Shown: positions 1 through 14,305 of the stretch, one piece after another
Position numbering within the stretch: the first letter of the stretch is position 1
Layout: every line of letters begins with the position of its first letter
NCBI GenBank assembly: GCA_002104905.1
Contig: MCFE01000047.1
Location: 124,001 to 188,000, forward strand
Direction: 5' to 3'
Length of the DNA stretch: 64,000 nucleotides
DNA from: Basidiobolus meristosporus CBS 931.73
Taxonomy: Eukaryota; Fungi; Basidiobolomycota
Notes under the pieces: model-generated
Database searches by the model: none
Told to the model about the DNA's origin: nothing
The model's input: the letters and a program-made list of their open reading frames with translations, nothing else
Program-made: the position numbers and the translations under genes

Positions 1-525
1 TAATTCCGAATGCAAATTGGGCAAACATGATACCGACTACTCCACTCTGGCCCCGGCTATGGTTAGCTAAGAAGATACGAGCTACTTGCATGTGTTCGGT
101 ATAGCGACCTACAAAAAAAAGCTCGGGAAACTGGAGGTGGATGTCAGTAAGGCCACTTTTCACCCCAAACGATGAAACACACTAAAGCTTCGCCAAGTTT
201 TAGTTCGGTGTCCAAACGATCGTCCAGTAGGTAATCTACCAGGCATGAGATTAATGTCATATTTGAGAAGGCTTGTGACGGTATCTACGTTTACCCCAAG
301 TAGCATTCTTCTCCATTGAATAAAGGGTGTGTACGTTCCGTATAGATTTGCAAGTTGGCTTATGGAAGAGACTCGACGTGGCTTAGATAAAGAAATTAAA
401 CAATCAATCCCAATTTAAGCTCACCAATGATGTTCGAGGGAATCAAGTCTGATAGCTCAGTTGATCTGATACAGAATTGATGAACTCCATAACAAGAAAA
501 GCTGAGTGCAGTCTTCAAATCTTAT

Positions 526-2204
526 ATGTTACCTCCAAAGAGACGATACAGACAACAGATACAAGCAATATGCCGAGGCTCCGGCTGCTATTATTCTGAG
601 GATGTATTTATGTCTTTGCTTTTGTGCCTCATCGCTGGAAGTAAGCCTTTGTTACTGAGAACTAGGCCAGAAGCAATTAATGACCTTGCAGAAATGCTCG
701 AGCAAGTAAGTCTTTTCTTTGGCTAAACAGGATGCTCTTGACCCACTCTAAAGTGTATTTAGATGTCCTTGCAAGTATTTGGCCTAAATTGCGCGAGAAT
801 TGACTGTTCACAGATCCATGCAACCAGTGATCTCTATCGAACCATGTTCAACAAGAGTAAGGACTCATTTCTACGCCCTCGTACCAATTCCTTTGCACCT
901 GGGGTTACGGGCTTAATATCCCCTCCCGAGCCTCGAACCAGTCCGCCAACTAGCCTGTTCTCTAACAGAGACATAGCCAACAAAAACCTAATCTCTAATA
1001 GCCAAGTAGATGGCAAGAAGAACCGAAGCTTTTCGGTAGATGATCGTACGCTTGAAGAACGCAAACTATTTATAAGCTCCTTAAGGCAGCAAATACCTGT
1101 TGAGCACTTACAGAATAAACATCACCTGGAAAAACATAGGCGAAAGCAGCCCACCGTATCTTTCAGGGAATCTCACAAGGTAGGCTATTGGACGCACTAA
1201 AAGCATTCCGTGAACCTCTCATCATTCGATGGGCTAACACAGGAGCTCAAATCCCAAAAGCAAACAGAAGACGCAGAATACATACCTCTTGGACGAGTAA
1301 GTGAGCGAACCAGTAAAGAGCCAGCGTCCTTGAAACCACAGAGGAAGCCATCCATAGTGTACAATACTTCCATGTTTACACCCAAAAAACTAGCCAATAT
1401 CATCGTACTCGAGGGATTGGAGGAATCTGATGAGACCGTACAGCTCGCCATATTAGAGGTATTACTCTTCAGTCATGTGAATGCTCTTTCCTATAATAAC
1501 CAAGTGGCAGATTCTGTCGAAGGGATGGCTTGTGGATGACAGTACTGTATGCTATGTCCCAGACCCTTTCGTAATTGTATCCGTAATGCCCTTAAGCTGC
1601 GCAATGCCGAAGACAAAGCGCCTGGTATAGCATGGATTTCTCTCCGTAAGCAAAGGATCGAAAGTAACCAAACTCCTACGATAGCTAGAGATGTTTTACC
1701 TTAGTTGCGTACATGATGGAACTATGGAGGCGAAGCCCTTGATGTCGAGCAAGCGCCAGCTCGTCTTTCCTTATCAAGTAAGCACTGTCACATCTTCACT
1801 TCGCGAAATAGTCTGAAAACAATCATTCAACATAGGAAGTAAGAGATATTGCCTATCGGGCCAGAAAAGTCACTATAAGCCCAGAAATCGACCGCTACCT
1901 GCGCGATCTCTTTATCGCAATTCGTACTCACGTGAAGTTCAAGAATGGAATGAGTCCTCGGGCATCGACCGACCTCGCTTCAGCTGCTAGGTACAACTTC
2001 CATTTTTCCTGATTGGAGACGATATGCGAGTGACTTACGAATCAATTCAGAGCTCTGGCAGCAGTCCATGAAAAATCCCACGTAACGCCGGATTTGGTTT
2101 TGATTCTCTTTAACAAGGTTCTCGGACATCGCCTATTCTCATACCCCGCGGCCGACCAAGGTATCATGAACGATACACTACAATCAGTCCAACCCCCGCT
2201 GTAG
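526..2204 (+). CDS. MoxR/ChlI-like AAA-lid protein (Mtc2-like), multi-exon
   Basis: Phase-consistent GT-AG exons (e.g. intron 706-762). Segments LLLCLIAGSKPLLL, IIVLEGLEESDETVQLAILE, VPDPFVIVSV and a lid-like C-terminus SPEIDRYLRDLFIAIRTH...SPRASTDLASAARALAA...VTPDLV...VLGHRL. Stop TAG 2202-2204. Start codon uncertain. Confidence 0.6.
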
Positions 2205-2334
2205 AATATTTATATGAAGGCAACCATACAAATACCCATAGATAGTCTTAATAGATATTTATTCTGAAGGAATGGCCTTTAAACTAATATACAACTGAAA
2301 GCCTGAGCTGAAATAAGACCTGGCCGAATCTAGA

Positions 2335-2860
2335 CTAACGTAGGCTTACGCGAAGTGAGTTATTAAGTTGCTCAAGCATGGTGAAGTACTCGTTGTAAGT
2401 TTCCTGATGTAATTTCTGTTGATGAGGCTTGAGTTTACGGTTGTAAAAGGGAGGTCTGCAGAGGGTGATTAATGTCTAGTCGACTGGGTCAAGGCCTACA
2501 CAAAATTACCTGATTTTATATTTTCCTTGGAAGTAGGCCATTGATAGTAAATTCTGGAGCAGTTTATGCTCGACTCCTTTGCGAGACACGGCTACTTGGA
2601 ACAAGCTGACGGTGTTCAGCCCTAAAAGCGATATTAGAGAAGGAGCTTCCACATCGCATACTGTTAGCCATACCTCTTTCATAGAGGTCAATCAGTTTAT
2701 CTCCATCACGCACGTGCGAGTTCTCACGAAATCCCTCCCGAACCTTTTGATGGATGACTCTTATTCCCTGCTTTGATGGAGCAGCTGCTTTTTCTCCGTA
2801 CTTCCATAGACGCCGATAGAGGGTACGGAGCTCAGCCGGGGTTGGTATGGCTTTTGACAT
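2335..2860 (-). CDS. Small LYR-like / DUF1763-like probable mitochondrial protein, 3 exons
   Basis: ELRTLYRRLWKYG...VREGF, then FQVAVSRKGVEHKLLQNL, then YNEYFTMLEQLNNSLRVSLR*. Two canonical, phase-consistent introns. Confidence 0.6.
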
Positions 2861-3050
2861 TATCAACTGCCTTTCTCTCTGAGGAATACAAAATTTATCA
2901 ACATTTAATGTATAGCTTTTAGGTTGATTCTACCCAATCAGCAATTTTACTAGCACCAACTCACTCGGTATTAGACAAAATTTTCTTGATGAGCATATTG
3001 TCAACGCCCAGTCCGATTTTTGTTCGATACAGAGCTCTGTTATTATTCCT

Positions 3051-3965
3051 ATGAATATTGCACAAAAGGCAGCCCAGCCTCCCTCGACGGTCAAGATAGT
3101 TAACCGGACCCTACGTCGTCTGTTGCTGAAGGTTCACCCGGACTACTTTCACTCTGTGCCCGAAAAGAAGGCACTCAACCAGCGTTCGTTACAGCAGCTC
3201 AATCGGATACTTGGCCCCGTATTGAAAAAAGATGGGAAAGAGAGCTCGATAGAGAGCTTATTTCGAGCACCTATAGAGGTCTCTTTCTATACCAAAGAAG
3301 GCAACCTATTCCAACAAACCTTCACCCTCGCCAATCTCAGTGGTTTCCCCCATTCTGAGTCACCCTTCCCTAGCAACCTCCCCGCCAACGAAAGAGAGAA
3401 TCTCTTCAAGTCAACGCTTACACTCGAATTTCTTAAATACTGTAAGAAATTCGAACTCTCTAGTGTCCAGGGAGATATCGAAAAGCTAGAAGAATACCTC
3501 CGAACCCTTGACGAGTACTATACCGCGCATAATGCCAAACAGTCGTTACCCAAAGGAAAAACACTGAAGGAGATTTTCGAGAAGGGGCTAAGAACCTCGT
3601 TTTCCAATCCATATACCCAATCAAAAGGTTCTATCAGCCGAATGAAAAAGCTTCCTTCAGTCGAAGAGGAATGGAGAGCCATCTTTCGCAGCAGCAAGCT
3701 CGTCTTCAAGCATAGGGACGTATCATCAAGAGAGTATATTGAATGCAAGGAGGCACTTTCGAAGCATCTGGTTGAACTTGGATACTCCCAATGGAGGGGG
3801 CTGCCCTTGATGATCTCCACCGAATTCTCCAGGAACATACCAGGGTTCTTGGTGATTCCGAAAACATTCGAGAAATCTCAGCTTCAGCGCTACCTGGAAA
3901 ATCACCTCGAGAGTATCCGGACTGAATATGCCGAGCTGATCCGCACAAAAACGAAAAGCCCCTAG
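3051..3965 (+). CDS. TCAIM-like (DUF4460 N-terminal domain) protein
   Basis: Intronless 304-aa ORF. N-terminal LRRLLLKVHPDYFHSVPEKKALNQRSLQQLN resembles the TCAIM/DUF4460 N-terminus, including the HPD motif. Confidence 0.6.
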   Translation: MNIAQKAAQPPSTVKIVNRTLRRLLLKVHPDYFHSVPEKKALNQRSLQQLNRILGPVLKKDGKESSIESLFRAPIEVSFYTKEGNLFQQTFTLANLSGFPHSESPFPSNLPANERENLFKSTLTLEFLKYCKKFELSSVQGDIEKLEEYLRTLDEYYTAHNAKQSLPKGKTLKEIFEKGLRTSFSNPYTQSKGSISRMKKLPSVEEEWRAIFRSSKLVFKHRDVSSREYIECKEALSKHLVELGYSQWRGLPLMISTEFSRNIPGFLVIPKTFEKSQLQRYLENHLESIRTEYAELIRTKTKSP

Positions 3966-4017
3966 CTCACTTGTGTATATAATATAGTAGAATAGCATTT
4001 ATAGAATACAAACTTTA

Positions 4018-5990
4018 TCAAAACTTCTTGTACATGATGCCCAGAGTCTGGCACCATCTGGAAGCAGAACCAAACATCCCCACGATCGAGTAACCGTAGG
4101 GTGGCTGAAGGCTTTGATTCTGGCCACCTTTACCACCACACCATCCGGTAGTCTTGCCCTTGTTGGTGATGATTTCGATTCCATCAATCCAAGCTCCGTG
4201 GTTTACAACGACGCGATTGATCCAATCATCCTGATCCAAGGTGATTTCGCTCACTTCTCCACCACCAGTCTTGCCGCAGACTATCCTCACTGCCATCAGC
4301 GTATCCGAACGCAACACCATCGATGTATGCGCCACTATGGACCTTCACAGAAACCAGTTGCTGGCCCTGTCGTGGGAGAATCAGGTTGCTGAAGCTGGTC
4401 GCATCCTCGAAATACCAACTTCCGCACTCACTGGATTTGTGGATGCTTCCAAGATATGGGTCCTGCGTTGTTCCTTTCTGAATAAACTCCTGGACATCGT
4501 CTAGTTCGTTGATTTGTTGGTTGGTAGACACTAGGACCATCCGTAGCTTGTCCGAAGGCTTCATGTTGAGACGAGAGGAGATCTCATTTAGCTCGATCAT
4601 TAGTTCAGTTGGGTGTGGGATATCGTCACGAACAAATTCGACGTGAGTGGAATAACGATCGTTGACATGGTATTCAATCATGGACAACCCGGCTGGGGAC
4701 TGGATCAAGACGCCGTTGTCCATCGTCAAGAATGAGGCTCCTTGATCGGTGGATGCGGGTGGCGGATCCATGGGCAATCGAAGGCAGGGATGGTAGCGTA
4801 AGCGAATCACATCCGTACGATGCCAGCGAGAGCCACCCTCGTCCTGGGCGTTCGGTAGAATAGGCCTCTTGTCCCCTTCTTTCACAACAAAAGTTTTGTT
4901 GAAATCGTTGAATCCACGGCTCATGATACCTGCACCAGAATGATCCAGGGTAAGGCAGTGACCAACCTCATGAAGGAATGCGCCCATCCCAACATTCAAA
5001 CACTTGTAGTAGACCCCACATTCGTTACTATCATTTGCCAGATAGTCCTCGGTACACCTCTCATCCGTGAAGGCAGGTACGACTTCTTCAAGACACCTTG
5101 GCCAGGAGTGAACCGCTTGCGAACCGAACATCCCCAGTCGAATATGACCGGCGCCACCACCCAATGCTGCATGACCCAAAATGAGTTGCTGTTGAGGATC
5201 ATAGTGGGAATCCATGATCAAACCAGCAACGTAGCAGGGCTTGTCAAAAGGTGCACCGTGTTCACGAAGAGCCTCTAGGAAAATGGAGAAAAGGGACGGT
5301 TTATCGGTTGGTGGCGTTCCGGCTGGCGGTTTGTACTGTTGCGCAATATCTCGATCCCGAATTTCTTGGACCGTTCGTTTGGATCTGATGACATGAACCA
5401 CAGCTGTGTTGCGTACCTCGTGCGTTTGGGAAGTAAGGGTTTCTGATAGTGACTATGTAAGCAAGGCTATTTCGGTCACAGTGGGAATCTAGTAAACACT
5501 CACCTGCTTGATAACTCTCTTCTAACATAAAGGTCCTCCTGCCAAAACCGTTTCTAACCATTTGCTCGCTATTAAAAGCTTGCCACAGATAGGCAGCACA
5601 CCTGAAGCGTTTGATAGCGCCCTCAAGGCCACAGTCGTCTCTTTTACAATCGGGTGCATCCAACTGGGCTGGACTGTCCTTGGCCAGCATAATAACCAGT
5701 CTCAACGGAGGGTTATCGAGAGGAGGGACATAATTCAAAGTTATCACCGTTTGTTGACCTTGATAGGAGAACACGACTTGGTTGGTGCCAGGTTCAAGGT
5801 GGACCAAGCATTTGAAGTGACTGTCAACCACGGGCCACCTAATAGGGGGGAAATTGGAACTCTGTACTTCAACTTCGCTTTCAAAACGTGACCCCTCTGG
5901 CCCCGCTTGCCCGTAAACCAGGAGAACTCTCTGATAGATATTCTCGCCGTTTTGGACGTTCGATATTCTTGGCGCAGCGAAATACGACAT
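4018..5990 (-). CDS. Zinc metallopeptidase (YIL108W/Metallopep-like) with C-terminal jacalin-like lectin domain; apparent +1 frameshift at ~4285
   Basis: Exon 1 RVLLVYG...HFKCLVHLEPGTN...FRCAAYLWQAF. One intron (~5443-5503) gives EESYQAETLTSQ...VHVIRS. Zinc motif GAFLHEVGHCLTLDH. Jacalin repeats HSGAYIDGVAF / HGAWIDGIEI / GWCGGKGG. The jacalin domain is split across two frames. Confidence 0.8.
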
Positions 5991-6150
5991 AATTTACGGC
6001 ATTTTACGAAGATGCGCTATATATAGCACCAGTAGCACAAGTAACAAACAAACCAATATTTCCTGGAGTAGGCGGTGATTGGCCATAAACGTATGACGCG
6101 ATCTTATCGAGGCTTCCATAGTCCACAATTACCAAAACTAAACTATCCAC

Positions 6151-6214
6151 AATCCTACGGAGAATCCTATCTACAATCCCGACCAAAATCCTATGGAGAA
6201 TCCTATCTACAATC
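6151..6214 (+). repeat. Two 28-bp direct repeats, period 36
   Basis: aatcctacggagaatcctatctacaatc (6151-6178) and aatcctatggagaatcctatctacaatc (6187-6214), one mismatch. Confidence 0.85.
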
Positions 6215-6402
6215 AGCAGCTTATTACTGAATTGGAGCCACAGGGTCGGGGATTAAAAGAGATACTGCCGTTTCATTATACAACATCTCGAAACAAGTAT
6301 CAGGTTCGAATCAAGAGTTTTGTTTCAACCCAATCGCTCGCAAATATAACAAAAGGCATCATTGATATAGCTCTCTTGCTCCTATCTCTTTTTGTTTCAT
6401 CC

Positions 6403-7248
6403 ATGTTTTCATCAAGGCTAATGAGATGGTGCTTGTTGGTTGTTTTGGGTGGCACCGTGACAATAGAAGGAACCATATATCGATCGATCAATGGACCAAC
6501 AAAGCCCGAGTATGAGATTATCGAAGACCCAGGCATGACACGTATCTCGGTAGGAACCGACAATGTTCTCTGGGGACTGAGAGAGAACGAGAAAGTTGAA
6601 CAGTATTTCAACAATCAATGGCATCCATTAGAAGGCAGATTCACAGAGTTAGCGGCGCTTGATCGTGGCATTGCCTGGGCGACAAATAAGTTCGGTCATG
6701 TCTACAGGTTCAGTAATGGACATTGGCACCGCATCAATGGGAGTCTGGAGGCACTGAGCGCCAGTAGAAACAACCAACAAGAGTTCGTATGGGGCTATGA
6801 CCTGAAGAACAACATAAAGCTCTGCACCTACGATGCTAGAAATGGAAACTGTCAGTGGCAAACAATCGACAAATCACCGACGCTGCAAGGTCGAAGAATT
6901 GTGTCGATTGCCACGACGGGAGATGGAAAAGGATACGGTCTGTTTGAACCCAGAGATCAAATCGGATATCCTACCTACGTGTTCGACAACGGACAATGGG
7001 TCAAACTAGGGGAAAGTCTTCTTCATCTGGTAGGCACCGTTTCGAACTACATCACGGGCGTCAATAGCAAAGGGGAGGTAAGAATGACACACATGAGCAA
7101 TTTAAATGACTGGATTGTGCTGGACGGCTTCCAGACGGTCCCCGAGTGCTCGACAATAAGCGAGCAAATCTGGGTTTTGGCTGGAGCTTATGCCCAACTC
7201 AACAACAATACAGTAACATATGAGCACATATTTGAGACGGTTGCTTAG
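6403..7248 (+). CDS. Secreted tectonin-like beta-propeller lectin
   Basis: Intronless. The probable start MFSSRLMRWCLLVVLGG is a signal-peptide-like stretch inside the longer ORF from 6193. About six blades with W-x2-(I/L)-x-G-x-(L/F)-x2-(I/L)-(S/A) patterns (WHPLEGRFTELAA, WHRINGSLEALSA, WVKLGESLLHLVG) and WG/W(A)T strands. Confidence 0.65.
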   Translation: MFSSRLMRWCLLVVLGGTVTIEGTIYRSINGPTKPEYEIIEDPGMTRISVGTDNVLWGLRENEKVEQYFNNQWHPLEGRFTELAALDRGIAWATNKFGHVYRFSNGHWHRINGSLEALSASRNNQQEFVWGYDLKNNIKLCTYDARNGNCQWQTIDKSPTLQGRRIVSIATTGDGKGYGLFEPRDQIGYPTYVFDNGQWVKLGESLLHLVGTVSNYITGVNSKGEVRMTHMSNLNDWIVLDGFQTVPECSTISEQIWVLAGAYAQLNNNTVTYEHIFETVA

Positions 7249-7304
7249 GTGGAATTTTATAGAATCTTTACTATTTTCACCGACCCCTCCCAGCACAACA
7301 CTGA

Positions 7305-7409
7305 GAGCAAAAAGAAATAAACAATGAGCCATAGCATTTCGAGCAAAAAAATACACAATGAGTCATACAATTTCGAGCAAAAGAAGTATACAATGAGCCA
7401 TAGCATCTC
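7305..7409 (+). repeat. Three tandem imperfect ~35-bp repeats
   Basis: Units gagcaaaaagaaataaacaatgagccatagcatttc / gagcaaaaaaatacacaatgagtcatacaatttc / gagcaaaagaagtatacaatgagccatagcatctc, with no spacers. Confidence 0.85.
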
Positions 7410-7885
7410 ATTTACTGTTTCTTAAGCTCCGACGCCCACCCGGTCTCCGACAACCATGTTTAAGGAGATTTTTGCTGAATTCAAACATCACAACAGATCA
7501 GTAAAATCCCGACTATGTGAACAATGTTTCCCAATACACACATATGCATACAAACACCTATGAAGGATAATACGCCAATAGCATTGTGTCGGCGGCCCTA
7601 TGGGTTAGATTGCATATACTTCTGACATGAATCAGCTCTTTCCACTCTTGTACTTGTACTTCCCGCTCACCAAGTCTTGTACACATAAGCACCGATCTCC
7701 ATTCCTTTTAACTACAGCCACGTCTTCATCATTTGTAATCGTACATTCGAGTTCGAGTTATCTTCTCCTTTCATCGCCACGTGAAGGTTATTTGTCACCA
7801 AGACCCGCAAGGATACTGTTTAGATTTGAACTTTCTCAATACTGATTCCGAGAACAACTCCCTTTTACGGCAGGAATAGTTTGGG

Positions 7886-10959
<3,074 letters not shown>

Positions 10960-11487
10960 ATGTAAACCTGATATTCCGAAATGACTTTAAACCTGCCCAC
11001 TAACGAATTTTGCTATATCACATATTTTGTAAACTTCATGAAATCCCATCATCTTCCCAGTCATGATTCCCATCTCGACAAGGAACAAATCCACCGGCGC
11101 ATCCTCTTTCCCTTCGTAATCCTCACTGGCCCTATGCTAATTTAAAACCATCACTAAACGCAATAAATATCTTATTTGTAGGGCTGAGAACCAGCAGTGG
11201 GATGAATTGATGTTGTCGAGATCACAACCAATGAGATTGGTTACTGGTGATCAAAACATTGGATCGGCTGTGAGCAATGGACGGATCGGCGGAAATCACT
11301 AGCTGGCATTGGGTGGGCCATCGAGAGACAACATTGTTGTTTGTTTATATTTTCCTCGACAAATCCGGGTCCGAAATATCCAAACAATGCATTGATATAA
11401 CAGTATGTAGGGTGGATGACTGCTCAGGATTCCCCATTCCCTTTACTCTCTTTTCTTTAGACCACCCACCCGTTTTCTTCCCACAAC

Positions 11488-13837
11488 ATGGCTTCCCTCG
11501 GATGGGACAAAGGACAGATTTACTCCACCTCGGTTTTGCCTGCAGAGCAACCTGACGAAACCCGCAGCATCCTTGAGGGACAATACAACGATTTCATTCA
11601 AAACTTTCGCCTAGACAATGAATACATTTATAGGCAAGCGACGCTTCTTTCCATTACTGAGTGTACTCGCAAGCGACCTAACCAGTTGTGCTTTCCCTTA
11701 CAGAGATCAGCTACGCCAAAACCTCATGGTCAAGGAGTACTTCCTTGAAATCGACCTAGGCCACCTGATAAGCTTCAACGAGACCCTGGCCCAGAGCCTT
11801 CAGGACGCCCCCACCGAGCATTTGCCCATGTTCGAGTCGGCCGTCCGCACTGCCGCCACCAAAATCCTCTATCCCGGAAACGACACCGAGCAACAAGCAC
11901 CCGAGTGCCAAGTGACCCTGACCTCGAACGCAAACATCGTCCATCTTCGTGACCTGAACTCGACGACCATCTCCAAGTTGGTGAGAGTGGCGGGGATCGT
12001 CATTGGCGCCTCGACACTGACATCCAAGGCCACCCACATCCAGATCATGTGTAAAGGGTGTCGCCAGGTCAAGATGCTCCCGGTCAGCGGTGGCTTCTCT
12101 GGCGTGACCTTGCCCCGTACATGCGACAACCAACCGCCCGAGAACGAGAAAAAGGAATGCCCACTTGACCCCTACGTCATCATCCACGACAAGTCCAAAT
12201 TCGTGGACCAACAGACACTGAAGCTCCAGGAGCTTCCCGATCTCGTTCGCGTGGGTGAGCTACCCAGACATACCCTCTTGAGCGCGGACAGGTACCTGAC
12301 CAACAAGGTCGTCCCTGGTACCCGAGTGAACATCATTGGCATCTTCTCCATCTTCCAGAGCAAGAATGCCAAGAACGCCGGCGCCGTGGCCATCCGCACA
12401 CCGTACATCCGTGTGGTTGGCATCCAGCCCGAGGTGGATGGCCAGCACCGCGGCAACGTCAGCTTCACCGAGAGAGAAGAGGAGGAGTTCATCAAGATGT
12501 CCCGCAACCCGAACCTGTACGAGATGTTTTCAACAAGCATTGCCCCGGCCATTTATGGCAACCAAGGTAACCGGGTCTACGGAAAGAGAATAGCAACCTC
12601 ATCCACGGCTAACGCATTTGTGTAGATATCAAGAAGGCTATTGCTTGCCTGTTGTTCAGCGGCTCGAAGAAGATCTTGCCAGACGGCATGAAACTCAGAG
12701 GAGATATCAACGTCCTGTTGCTGGGTGACCCCTCCACCGCCAAGTCCCAGCTGCTCAAGTTTACCGAGAAGGTCGCCCCCATCTCAGTGTACACCTCAGG
12801 CAAGGGAAGTAGTGCAGCTGGTTTGACCGCGTCCGTCATTCGTGACTCGGGATCCAGCGAGTTCTACCTCGAAGGAGGAGCCATGGTGTTGGCCGACGGT
12901 GGAGTTGTGTGTATCGATGAATTCGATAAAATGAGAGAGGAAGACAGGGTGGCGATCCACGAAGCCATGGAACAGCAAACCATCTCCATTGCCAAAGCCG
13001 GAATCACCACCATCCTCAACTCCCGAACCTCCGTCTTGGCAGCCGCCAACCCCATCTTCGGACGGTACAACGACCTCAAGACCCCCAAGGAGAACATCGA
13101 CTTCCAAACCACCATCCTCTCCAGATTCGACATGATCTTCATCGTTCGCGACGAGCACAACGAGCAGCGAGACAAAACCATCGCCAGACATGTCATGCAC
13201 ATCCACATGAACAAGGCCGACGAGGAGACCGCCGTGGGTGAGATCACCATCGACAAGATGCGAGGCTACATCAGCTACTGCAAAACGTAAGTACACCAAC
13301 GATTGCCAGTCGCCAAGCCGGCGCTAACCAAGCATTCACAGGAAATGTGCCCCCCGCCTGTCGCCGGAGGCCGCGGAACGCTTGAGCAGCTACTTCGTGA
13401 CCCTACGCAAGGACGTGCATGAGATGGAGCGTCAAAACAACAGCCGCTCATCCATCCCAATCACGGTGAGACAGCTGGAAGCCATTGTGCGTATTTCCGA
13501 ATCCCTGGCCAAGATGACCCTCTCCCCGGTGGCCACCGAGCAACATGTAGAGGAGGCGATTCGTCTGTTCAAATTCTCCACGATGAACGCGGTTCAAGCT
13601 GGCAATCTTGAAGGGTTCACCCGAGTAGAATTGATGAACGAAGTGAAGGCGGTCGAGAAGGACATCCGCCGCCGCATACCCATCGGTAACCAAACCCGAT
13701 TCCAAACCCTGCGCGACGACTTCTTGAAGCAGGGCATATCGTACATCGCGTTCATGAAAGCGCTGACCAACCTGACCTCCCGCGACGTATTGCAGTACCG
13801 TAACCAAAGAAGAGACATCGTTCGTATTGGCATGTAA
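11488..13837 (+). CDS. MCM5: DNA replication licensing factor MCM5
   Basis: YIYRDQL, zinc finger CKGC...CDN...[61 protein letters not shown]. Four exons; the first intron (11634-11703) is GC-AG. Confidence 0.97.
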
Positions 13838-14305
13838 ATAGATTTCTCGATGCTACCCTGCTCTTCCACCAATTACTTCTCTGTATATTGCATATTAATG
13901 AAACCGTGGTGAGCCGTGCGCCACAACTAAATTAATGCTCGAATGAATGTTTTATGCACGTTGGTTAAGTTGGTTCTGCCACCAATAAACACCCAAGCGA
14001 AATGTATGTGTCGAGGAAAAGATCGGTCATGGCGACGAGGAGGGCGTTTTTTTTCAGCGGAGATTTTTTTTTCACCCAGCGAGATTTTGCGATGGTTGGG
14101 TGGATCGGACGCAGTGAATGGGTCGGGTGGCCAGAAATATATCTAGAATGTTCGCACCAAATTCGGATCTTGCTGATCTGCCCTAGCTAGCCCAGGTAAA
14201 CTTTGGTAAACCAAAAAAGTTACCCTGCGAGTTGTCAAAACAGTGTGCTCCACAGGCTTCTCTCTTTTGTTGTCTAGCTTTGTAGTTTTTGTTTGGTAAT
14301 ACGTT

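Noticed and set aside
428-470. ATGATG...CTGA...CTGA resembling C/D snoRNA boxes
   Set aside because: Too short (~45 nt), imperfect box C, and no terminal stem.
7305-7409. Repeat array considered as CRISPR-like
   Set aside because: Units are contiguous without unique spacers, there are no cas genes, and the context is eukaryotic.
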